In this document: piece by piece, positions 11,901 to 23,100 of the stretch
Layout: each line of letters begins with the position of its first letter
Position numbering within the stretch: the stretch's first letter is position 1
Assembly (NCBI GenBank): GCA_000708835.1
Contig: DF236953.1
Span: forward strand, 110,990-174,989
DNA: 64,000 nucleotides
Source of the DNA: Klebsormidium nitens
Taxonomy: Eukaryota > Plantae > Klebsormidiophyceae
Direction: 5' to 3'
Program-made: the position numbers and the translations under genes
Notes under the pieces: model-generated
The model's input: only the letters and a program-made list of their open reading frames with translations
Told to the model about the DNA's origin: nothing
Database searches by the model: none

Positions 11901-14900
11901 AGCCAGCTTTCTGGAGGGCATGCTTCGTTGAAGTCGGCTGTCAATTTTTGGCCCCAGCAAGAGCTTTGTGAGAGTTGCGAAGGGTCGCGGCCACTACTTA
12001 CGAACCACACCACTCTTTCAGAATCAGACCCTATGAGTATGATCTGATCATTGACAGTTGAAGCCGAGATTCTGACTGCAATCTGCGTTCTCGCACTCAA
12101 AGGTTCCTCAATTTTGCAGGATCTGTAACCGAGGCGAAATCGTCCTTCCCAGCAGCTCGGACGGCAACATTCAGGAAGAGGACGAAGGCTCACGCATCGC
12201 CGGGCTCCCGAAAGCACCAGTGCCGTGTTCTACAAACACCCCCCCGGATGCAGAGTGCGGCATATGCCTCGAGGTCATGGAACGCCCGGCCAAAACGCCA
12301 TGCAACCACTGGTAATTTTACAGCTGCAGGATTGGCATTCTTCTTAACCATCTCTTTTGCCAGCCTTTCAAATGCTTCATACGGTTGGCAGGGACCGTCC
12401 TTGAAGTTGCTTTCGTTAGGCGCATGCTTTTGAGCACTTGATTCTTGCGGCGTTCTCTATCGAGAGGGATCACAGAGCGAGGGCAACGGACACTCGGAAC
12501 TTCGTCCTCCGCCTGTTCCCTCATCCTCAAACCGGAGTTCGGTTCTCTATACAAGTCTCAACACCCTTGCAAAGTCTCTCCCAAATGTATCAAAGTTCTC
12601 GATTGTTGCGACTCGGAAAACCCATCACGGCGAGAATATTCACGCTTCCCACAGTTCTGGCTTTTCACAATGTCGCTCGAATCATTCCTGAAAAGCTGTA
12701 GACATAGTTAGCTGCTCCTGTAACACAAGAAAGTCAACCCTAAAAGTAACCTGCTTCACCCCACCCTAAACCTCCATAGTAACCCCACCCGTCCCTGGCT
12801 GGTAGCTCACTATACCTGAAGCTTACTACCTATATTTAAGCCGAAGTTTATACCTTCGCAGGTTCTGCCATGAGTGCCTGACGGGCGCGCTCGACTCGGG
12901 GCCGTCCCAGGGACGGTGCCCTCTCTGCCGGCAGGAGACGGCCGCTGATGACGTCATCGAAGGCGAGCTTCCCGGCACGAGCACAGCGGTAGGCCCGTAC
13001 CTGGGAGCTGACGAAGGTACGCCGCGTTTTTAAACCTCCTCTTTTAGGCGTCTGCTCTGTTTGAGATTGTGATGCGCTTCTTAGAGTTCTGTTCCAATTC
13101 TGCTCCGCTCAATCTGCTTCTAGTATCCTGGATTGCGCAGCTGTGCTGAGCGAAGGAGTGGTCCACTCAGATTGAAGATCTCAGTGTTTACGTCGGACAG
13201 GAAGAATGAAGCCAGAGGACAAACATAAGGTCGATTTTTCCCTCTTGGATCCTCCTTCTGTCTCTCTGCCCACTAGCCCTTCTTGTTAAGTAAGAGCAGT
13301 CCGTCCAATGAATTACCTATCGCAAGCCAGTGCTTGAACTCAGCACTGGTTAATCTATACGTTCTCAGCAGTTGATTGATCGGTTAAAGCTGCAAACAGA
13401 CAGCCGACGTCTCGTCCCTTTGACAACAACAAATCCCAGATCGTAACCGTCGCTCTAATATGTCGCGCAGACGCGATTTCCTTTGCTGAGACCTTCCCCC
13501 AGGTCCTTGACGCTGGTCTTTGACGTCTTGAAAGTCAAAATTTTGAAACCCTGTTTATTCCTAATTCTTTATTTGCTACAGGCGAAGGAGGCACTGGCAT
13601 TGCTCCTGCAATTGCTCCCTTCCTGGTTGAGTCGAAGCTGAAAGCGCTGCTCGAGGATCTGCAGAAGACCAGAGAAACGGATCCCACTGCTAAGGTAAGC
13701 GCACATGGACGACAGACAGCCTTTCGAGACCCGCAGTCTAGTTTCAGAGTCTGTGAGATTGCGGATTGAAAACCCAGAAAGATCCGCTGCATAAGAGAAA
13801 GGCCGAGCCGGGCTCCTCAGTGCGGTGCTGACAGGAGCGTATCCGTACGAGCTTAGTGTCAACAGACATCCTCCCCTGTCAACAAACATCCTCAAAGTAT
13901 CGACAAGCTCTCAGGTCAAGCACAAGCTGCGTGTGGACTCTTAAGTTCCCTACGAGCTCGAAATGCAAGTTTACTGTGTCACGATCCACTTTTGACCCCT
14001 TGCTGACGTCATCTCTTTCGTTAGCAAGTTCTTCCCTTTCAGCCGGTCTCTGAGTTCTGGTATTGCAGCCGATGACTGTGATTACCGTAACCCCGATCCT
14101 GTCAGCGGGCAGATTGCTGACGTCATGCTGACGTGCTTTGCGCAGGCGCTGATCTTCAGCCAGTTTATGGGCACCATCGACTGGCTCAAGAAGCGGCTGA
14201 CGGAGGCTGGCGTCACGTACCGCTACATCAGCGGGGACATGCCGCTCAAGAAGCGCCCCCAGGCCATCGAGCAGTTCCAGCAGGTGCGCTGACGCTTATT
14301 CTGACGTCATCATGCATTAGACACCTGCGAGAGCGCCCGCCCAAATTCCACGGCTGACCTCAGCTGTTGCGCCGTCCCTTGTTGCAACGACGCTTCGGAC
14401 AGCTTTGTTCAACCGGAGGGACGACGCGATTGCTCACAAAGCTCGTTACGCTTGCTTTGTCCTCGTAGCGAAATTGCCCCTCAGAGCTTTGCATTTGCTT
14501 GTATTTCGACTTGCCACCAGATCGACGTTGACTGAGCTTCTTTGCGAGCCTCCTCCTTCTTGACCGTTGTTTTCGCTTACCTTTCTCCGGTCTGCTTATC
14601 TTTCGCAGCTTTCCTCCCGCCTTGTTTCATTTGTCGGCTTATGGACATTCTTTCCGCCCTGTCTCCCGATCGGCTCCCCCCGCTTTCAACTTCCCCTCCG
14701 TTCTCCTTGATTCGACCACGAGCTTTTCATAAGTTTTTAGACTGAGCTGCATGCCCTTTGCAGGACCCGCCCACGACCGTCTTCTTGCTCTCCATTCGGA
14801 CCGGCGCCGTGGGCATCACCCTGACGTCAGCGTCCGTAGTCTACCTCCTGGAGCCCGTCTTGAACCCTGCGGTACGTTTGGCTGTGGTCTCGGCCCGCCT

Positions 14901-15974
14901 TCAAGCGGCACGTGGATCAGGAGAATCACGTTGAACTTCTTTGCAAACTCCATATCCTTGAGATAAAAGTTGGTACAAAGGTCGTTTGTTCTCTCGCTTG
15001 CTATCAAGGCTGCGAATCTTCTCCAACAGTGACGTGAGAGAGCCACATCCACACGTCATGAATACTTTCAGGTCGGGGGTCTAATACAGCCAGTGCTTGG
15101 AATGCTGACCTATTTGGAACTGAAATTTTCTGAACGAAAAGGGGAGTTTCTCCGTCACGTAGTTCAAACTCTGCACAAGAATACCTTGGGAGGCCTTCAT
15201 TCAGAGGCGTCTTAAGATGTTGTGTTGATCTTGAATGCACCGCCCTCAAGAGCGCTTCCCTTTGTTGCTTTTTGTTCAACCTGGATTGATGCGTCTGTAC
15301 TTTCACGAGGCGTCCTCGAAATGTTTGAAGAAACGCAAGAATTTGTTTTTCCTTTCATGTCCCTTTCTTGTATACTCCCTAATCGGTCTGAACAATGGCA
15401 CTGGTCCTTTTTTTCAGGCTACTCTTCTATTCAACAGATTGTTATGGGGAAGACTTAGCCGTAATCTTTCTGCTGCAGCTGGAGGACTAGGCCGTCGGCC
15501 GCGCTTGGCGCATGGGCCAGCAGCGGCCGGTGACGGTGAAGCGCATGTTCGTGGCAGACTCGGTGGAGGAGAAGATCCTCAAGGTGGTCAAGAGCCGCGT
15601 GGAAGGCGGTGCAGCCAAGCCCGACAGCTCCGCGGACCTGGAGCTCACGGCCTACCGAAGGTGCGTAGCGTGGGATCACATAATATTGGTCTGTCTAGAA
15701 GAAATTCGGTCCTTGCACGATGCTGTGCTTGTTTCGATTGGGTGCTGTTTCAGGCAAGTCAAGGTGCTTCTTTGCACAAGCGTCCGACTTTGAAAGCTCA
15801 GTTGGGGTTGCTGAACGGGCTTGAAAGGAACACGGATTGGAGCTTGACATCTTCCTTCACTCCTTTCGCGTGTGCAGCAAAGGCAAGACCATCCGGCCGG
15901 AGACCATTGCTGGATCCATCCGCTTTGACAAACAAAACCTCAGGATAAGTGGGTTTGAGTTACTGTTCAATTAG
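5993..15974 (+). pseudogene. RAD5/HLTF-like SNF2 ATPase-RING-HELICc gene with N-terminal RIN13-like Cys/His domain; three in-frame stop codons (probable pseudogene)
   Basis: Approximate exons: 5993-6376, 6773-6968, 7783-7872, 8148-8371, 8557-8716, 9120-9280, 9615-9902, 10274-10437, 10705-10961, 11319-11548, 12120-12311, 12862-13016, 13581-13693, 14146-14283, 14764-14871, 15479-15660, 15878-15974. Motifs: LRPYQKQSL, GGFLCEEMGLGKTV*, TLVVCAVSLVGQW, VLDESH, RWCCSGTPI, RING CGICLEVMERPAKTPCNHWFCHECL..CPLCR, KALIFSQF, FLLSIRTGAVGITLT, LED*AVGRAWRMGQ. Stops at 7808-7810 (TAA), 9639-9641 (TAG) and 15488-15490 (TAG). Confidence 0.88.
12734..12808 (-). repeat. Short dispersed G-rich/telomere-like intronic element, copy A
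   Basis: The reverse complement reads GCTACCAGCCAGGGACGGGTGGGGTTACTATGGAGGTTTAGGGTGGGG and aligns with copies at 30451 and 36800. Confidence 0.65.
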
Positions 15975-16627
15975 ACGATGTCGGGCATTGGAATAGGCAG
16001 TTTGTGGTCATGTAAAACAAGTAGCTGGCTCAGTTGCCAGGATTTGTACTATAGGTATAGCCAAAGGAGGTTGAAAAAGTTCGTTGAAAGCAAACTGGCT
16101 CTGTCGACCAACGGTCTAGTGTGACTGCGTACTCCAAGCTGCAATCTGCAACGACTCAGTCCGTGTAGTATATACTGTATAGTTGGATGCGACCCTGATC
16201 TGCAGCAACAGGCTCACCCAGATCAAGAAAGAGGCCTTTGGCCGGTTGAAGGCATGAGCTGCAGCCTAAAGCGGGCATTTCACTTGAATCTGCACACATT
16301 AACTTGCAATCGGACCAGCGTGGTCGCATCCTCGATCACAACCGAAGAGAATATCTACGGATAGGTATCGCGACGCCGCACTGAGGCGCATGCCACATGC
16401 TAGTCACTATGCAACTTAGGCGGCTAGAGGCTAGGGCCGGGCATGCCGCCATCTATCATAGTATAGCCAGTGGTTTAATGGGAGGCATTGCAGTGTGTGG
16501 GTTTTGCAGATTCAGAAGCATAGTGCAGTATCATCAATTGAAAGCCGCACCTTTTATGCCCGGCCGGCGTTGCACATACCGTATGCGTGCACTGCGCATG
16601 GTCGGGGAGTGCACTAGGCATTCAAGA

Positions 16628-16649
16628 TGATGCATGCATGCATGCATCA
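16628..16649. repeat. Perfect 22-bp palindrome, (ATGC)n microsatellite TGATGCATGCATGCATGCATCA
   Basis: Directly visible; lies in a CATG/TGCA-rich intergenic stretch. Confidence 0.9.
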
Positions 16650-17114
16650 CATACGTCAGCAGGTGTACGCGAATAAGTTGTTGAAGCCGTTAGTCAACGT
16701 ACCGGTGCATGTGGTGTAGGTATGTATGTATGGCCGGCCGGAGCTACTGAGTGACAGTGAGTACTGAGTTCGACCGCCGATCGACAGCGGCATGTGCTCT
16801 CTTATGCACATGCGAGAGCTCGAGAGAAGCTTCAGACGGTTGCTTGGGAGCCTTGGGTACACTTTGATTTAACTATGTTGCCCCGCGCACAGCTGACGGG
16901 ACCAGGATCCGAAACAAAATTGTCTGGCGTACTAAACTACAGCTGCCGGTGTATGGATTTTGGCATACCCTGATTTGAGGATCGCATTGACTCAGTGATA
17001 AGTTGGCTGTCATGCAACACGGGGACTCTAACTGACGGCTTTGTGAGCGACCGCTGTCAATATTTAGCTGCGACTGATCGAGACTCTCTGCAGGCTGAAG
17101 GACGTGGACATAAC

Positions 17115-20100
17115 TTATAAGAGGACGCTCAGCAAAAGCACAACGCTAGAAATGAAAACGTGAACGCTCCAGCCTGGAACACCTGCAAAGCCGACAAGCG
17201 AAATGAGCAAAGCGATACGAAGGAATATGCATTTTGCGCTTTCGGGACATACCATTGGCAGAAACCCTGTTTCAACAACGAACCTGCGAATCGTCTTGAA
17301 AGGAATAACGCTTCCAATGCCGCCGCGCCAATAGCCGGACCAGCAGAAGAATTGAGGTCAAGCATTCCAGTTAGCGGAAGTAGCATCGAACAGAACCGCC
17401 AGACCCTTCTCAAGCAGATGTCTTTCCGACGCTAGATTTTGATCAAGGAGCCTTTTCAAATATAGAGAACAAAATAAGCTTGCTCACTTGATAAAGCCGA
17501 GTTCCCGACGGGTGCTACCGCGCCCTGGTCGCTCCTCGGGCTGCTTGCCCCGGTCTCTCGTACCATCGTGGTCCCATTCTCCGGCGCTCGCAACACATTT
17601 TCCGGAATCCCAAACTGGGTTTCGTTAACCAGAGTATGATTCCCCACCGCATAACCTAGAAGGGACTGCAAGTCCCCCACCCTCTGCTGCCCGGTAGAAC
17701 TCCCCGAGCTCAGAGGACCCCCAACCACTGTCACGGTTAGCGTAACCAACGTCCCAGAAGCGCCGACCGGGGTCGAGAGGGTTACTCCCAGCGTCTCGCT
17801 CGGGCGCAGGCCCAGTGCGCGAGCAATTTGACTGGTTAAGATTTCGAGGTTTTGCTGTAACGTAGCGAGGGTTTGGGCGAGCGTGAACGAGGCTAGGGAG
17901 AAGGTTTGTGACGTCAGGGTGACGTTCGCGAGAGGGGATGACAAGATCTGCAGGCAGACGAGGAGTCGATTGAGTAGTCCCGGTGCATGCTAACGGTAAA
18001 GTACGCTCGAGAAGCTCCTACATAAGAATCTTCGTAAATGGGGTAATAACACGACTTAAAGCGTTTGAGAAGTGGAATGGTCGATAGCAATGGCGGAAGC
18101 TTCGAGCATTTGAACAAACATGACGATAATTGCAGGGTGAGTAAGCCACAGCAGGAACTCGGAGAGGTGAAAAAGTCCTTGTTTCCAACAGAAACGGCCG
18201 ACAACGACGAATCAAAGATCTAAATAAAAAGCAGGATTGGTTCACTCGCAAACCACATCAGTTGCTGCTAGTTGGAACCCTACATTTGGCCGTGTCTGCA
18301 GCTTCCGAGAGAAGACAAGTCTCGATAACTCCGAAACCTACGGCGACCATGGTGTGATACTCGTATCCTCACTACTGGATCGCCTCAGGTTTCCAAGTTC
18401 TGTTGGCTGGAATAACGAATCAGGGAGGAAGCGCGGTACGCACCTGCAGTCCTTGGACCGGTCCCAACCCCGTGCTGTTCAGAATCAGCTTGGACGGGTC
18501 CGCTGACGTGGCATTCAGGCTACTGACGATAACGGCCGCCTCTTGCAACGGGATCGTACCATTGTAGTTGATGGCAGCGGGGACGACCCAAAAGGTGACG
18601 TTAGTGACGTCGGGGTTGTTATCCGCCGGGAGAATGGAAGTGACGACAACCTGGATGGAAAGGGAAAGTTTGTGTTTGTCAGAGGTCGAGCATTTAAGCA
18701 CTTCGACGCACAGAATGATCTGAATGTTTCTGAAGCGAAAGCAACCGGAAGCACACTCGGAAGGAAGACGCCGGAGGAAGAAAGTGCTCTTTGTCAGGTG
18801 CCGATGCTCTGTGAAGCTCACAATGCAGCTTTCTGGCAGCCTCCACAAATTCTAAGCAAACGGTCTGCCTCACCTGACTGTTTGGAGTAGCAATCTGCGC
18901 ATCCAGCGCCGCTTGCAGATCCTCGATTCGGAACAGGTACGTGGCAGCTGTGCCGTTCAGAATCATTGACGCGTTGATGGGCACCGCGAAGAAAATGGAA
19001 AAGAAGGGTCAGCCTACTCGACCACTGATTGTTGTACAAAGAAAACCTTGCAGTACTGATTCTGATTCTAGGCACCCGCACTCCGTCAACTACGTTAAGC
19101 GAACTGCACAGATGAGTCGCTGATTAACTTCGCTGATGAACTTGAAGCATTGTCTCCAAAATCCGGTATGCTCACACAAACGCAACGAGCGAGAGCGAGA
19201 GCAGAATGGCGAAGCTAGTGTGAGGACTAGGACGGTGCACCAATGTGAGGTCAACCGCAGCGGTCGCCGCGGGAATATTTTTGCTGGTGCGGGACAATAC
19301 GCAACTCTAGGCTCACTCGGTCGACGGCACTTCGGCCAGAATGCATGGATCAAAGCCGTTCTAAGCACCGAACTCACTTGTTCGATCCAGCCCCGCCGAG
19401 ACGTTGGATACGCTGGGCGGCCGCAAACCGATAAGGCTCATTTTGAGGAGCCCTACCGCAAAGGAGCTAAAAAACTCGGTCTGGTTGCTGGCAAACCTGC
19501 AGCATAACCAGCACTTGCTCAGCGTCAGGCCTGCAATTTTCGAGTGTCAGCTTCGGTCAGATCAACATGAACCGTACAAAGAAATCTGAAACTCGGTGTG
19601 GCTAGTGCTAGGTTACAGATCAACACAAGAAAAGACCTTTCTTTCCAGCGCAGTGAAAAGCGCTAGTCTCCGAAAGATTGAGAGGGCAAAGGGTACTCAT
19701 TCACTGTTCGAGCGCGACAGTCAGGCTTCGGTGGAAACTCAAACGCGGCACCCATTTCGTCGGTTTGACAACAGAAGTGACAAGGGAGGCGGACGCAGTA
19801 CTGCTCGCTTGGGACGTGGAACTCGCTGAAGAACCTCTTTGAGCGGCTTGCCATTTAGCGGATTAGAAAAGCTTGCTGTATCTGCTTGATTGAACCGATT
19901 CTGTGGCCCTTTCGGTACTCTGGCCATTACAACTCGGCGATAATATGCCACGGAACGGCTCCACAATCCAAGTGAGCGGGTGAAAGGATTGGACTGGCGC
20001 AAAACAATCTTCCGCAAATCCCCGCTGCCGAAATCAGAATACATCGACAATGGAAAGGAGATGTAGGAAGCTTCTGAACGACAGCTCGCGCCGGATACTT

Positions 20101-23100
20101 ACAATTGGGTGTATGCCCTGGTTGTATTTTCGGCGTAGAGGCCCTCGTCGGTCTGCAGGATGCCTTTCCCGGTTTGCATCACCTGAAAGTGAGCAAGAGC
20201 AGAGGCCTCGTCAACCGAAGAGACGATTGGTCGGTCAGAATAGTCTACCGGCCTTCAGAGAGCTTTTGATGCTTGACCGGACGAAAGAATGGGCTCTGTC
20301 TAAAGATTCAATCTCTGATAAGGTCTCGTAAGTTCGCCCATTCCAAGCAGCACGTAGCTTGCTGAAATCCAGAACCCCTGCACCACCGCTGCTCAAGGCG
20401 ACGTACACGTCCGTACACTGACTCATCTCTACTTGGTCAGCTTTTAGTACACACTATTCGCCGACGCAGAAGCTTTGCAAACATCAGGCTTCATTACGAT
20501 GTCAAATGGAAGGCAAATACAACTTCAAATCCGGCGCCCCTTCTGTCACGCTTAGCTCCAAGAGCAGGTAAACAACAACAAAGACTTTCTTAAACATAGC
20601 TTACCTTGTAGTAGCTGGTGTCGAACTGGGTCGGCGACAGGTCCATGGACAGCTGTTGCAGCAACGTCCGGCACTGGTTGGTCAGGCCGTACAGAAACTG
20701 TGGGTCCGCATATGGGTCCCCGCCGATCCTGCACAGACCAGAAAATCTGCTAAACAAATGCTCTCACGGGATTCCGCGCAAAGAGACGTCTGGATAACCA
20801 CTGCGTGATCAAGAAAAACGCTGAAAGGGGCGATCTGAAGTTGAATGTAAGTGCTTTCGGTTTGATTACCAAAAAGGCGACTTGATAAGCAACTTGTGAA
20901 GCGCGAAATGATGCTACGAGTCTGCGGGAGAAAAAAGTATGAGCGTCCCGTCGAACGATGAGTGGGGCGGCTTAACAAAACTATTTCGCAAGCAGAAACG
21001 GCCGCCCTCGGTCCTGAAAGGCTATGCCAGTCATTCGAAAAGGAAAACAACTGCGATTCAAAAGAAAACGTGTTCTTTTTGTGACACCTCGATTCGTTGG
21101 GCCCCCTAGATCGTCCAGCAACGTGTCATGAACCGCCTCACCTTGGCGTGACATTGGCGCACGTCGCCTTCCCGAGCGTGTGGGCCCCGGAGAGGGCGAC
21201 CAACTCCTCCACATTCAAACCTGCAGAAACGCCGAAAAACGCGTTTGAAAAAGGGCACCACAAGGGCCAAGTCTGCCGTGCTCAGAGCATCGAAGCATAG
21301 CCGACTTTTACCAAACAAGCCTTTTGCATGCTGTCAGTCCTCAATTGAGGAAGAAGCTCAAGATTACCTGTCATAAGTGCAAATCCTGCGGCGTTTTTTG
21401 AGTGACTTTCTGGAGGGTTCAAGGGAGGCTCAAAATCAAGCTAGCAATCGCGGCCCCCAAGATCGTGGTTTCAGAAGGTCAAGCGTTGTACGAATGTCTC
21501 GAAGGACTGCGAATTCTCGAGTCAAACCGGCATCAAGAGACATCCTAAGATATCCGCACAGCTTACCGAGCACGGCAAAGGTCTTGATCAGGTCGTCGTT
21601 CAAGGTAAACGCCGACGGCAGCTGTAAGCAGGGAGAATTTGTCAACCAGATGTTCTGCATCAAAGCATTGCAAGAGGACTGTGTGTGCCGCAGCACAACC
21701 CTCTGCAGAACAGAATATTGACACTGTGCGTTCCATTGATGTGCTTACCATCTTGCGTATCATCTTAGAATAGTCGCCGGTCCTTACACGCCATGAATAA
21801 CATCATAAAGGATCGAACCCCAACGTTGAAACATCCCTGGGAGGACATCGATGTTTGGAGACCGGCAAAGAAAATGTCAAAAATCCGCAAGCTGGACCAA
21901 GGACACATCACAGGAAACAGTAAAAGAAGTCTGGTTTCTCAAAATCGAAAAAAACTACGTCGGTACGTGGCTCGATGGTGCCCCAACAACAGATGTCAAC
22001 GTTGACAGCTTCATTGCCTTCTTGCTGGCTGTGACGACCAGGAGTGGCGTTCAAACGGGACTATTTGCTTCACAGCTTTTGAGTATTCCAATATCGAATG
22101 CACATGGAAGTCTCTGCCACTGTTGAAAGTAAGGACCCGAATCCACCTACAGTAGCTTAAAGTACAGGAGCAATCCTCTTTACAAAGAAGCTGGCATCGT
22201 GAGAAAGCGCCTCGTTGACTCGGATGATCAGCAGAAACTGCAATAGCGACGATAAGCAAGCTTCCCATTTGAGGAACGGAATAGGGTGGAGAATGCTCTT
22301 GTAGGGAGCGGAAGTGCCACCCTGAGCCGTTTGAACGTTCCGAAAATCCAATCCCTGCGTCACTGGCCCAGCAAATGAGGGCACAGATGAGGAAGTAGAC
22401 CGAGGCAAATTCCATGACCACATACTGAAAATCTTCAAACAAAGCGATTTTCAGATGCTCAACTCACAACAACGAATTGCATGATTGAAGTCTGAAGGGA
22501 GCACACGAGACCTCAAGACAGGCATGGCTCGAGACAAACTGCCGTTGAAATCAAAACATCGCTGAGAAAAGACTTGCATCGAGACAAAGTTCAACACAAG
22601 GCTGTTCCAGAATGCAAACCAGAGCGTACGAGCCCCCTGACCCAAGTGCTTGAACGTACCAACCCCCAGTACTGTCAAAATGGACTTGTGCAGCCAGGAA
22701 CATTCACCATATCAAAAGCGACACCCTGATGAGGGAATGAGTGCCTTGAAATACCAATCAACCGCACAAAACGACCTATGGAAGGAAGAGTTGCTCAGAA
22801 GAGAAACGCGTCGAGCACGCTATCAGAAGCGAAAAAAGGTCCGCCAAGAAGCTCCCTTGAAGCGACACTTCAAGCCAGCCTAACGCTGCAACGTGTCTTT
22901 TCCTATGCACCTCCTTGTTTCCGTATATCACGCTCTGAATAAAGCCAACAGTGGGTGATTGTGAGCCCCAATCCAACTGAGTCAGTATCTTAGTATCAGG
23001 CTTGCGTAGATCAAAAACTGTGTCTCAACAAGCGAGACAACTTGCTAGATGCTCATAGCCCGTGCACCATCGGTCCAATACCGTTGAGTCGGCAGTATTC

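Noticed and set aside
7808-15490. Genome-wide non-standard code (TAA/TAG = Gln) as in some ulvophyte algae
   Set aside because: Conserved exons of FBL17, the peroxidase and the other genes contain no in-frame TAR, and several genes end at TAG/TAA at plausible C-termini.
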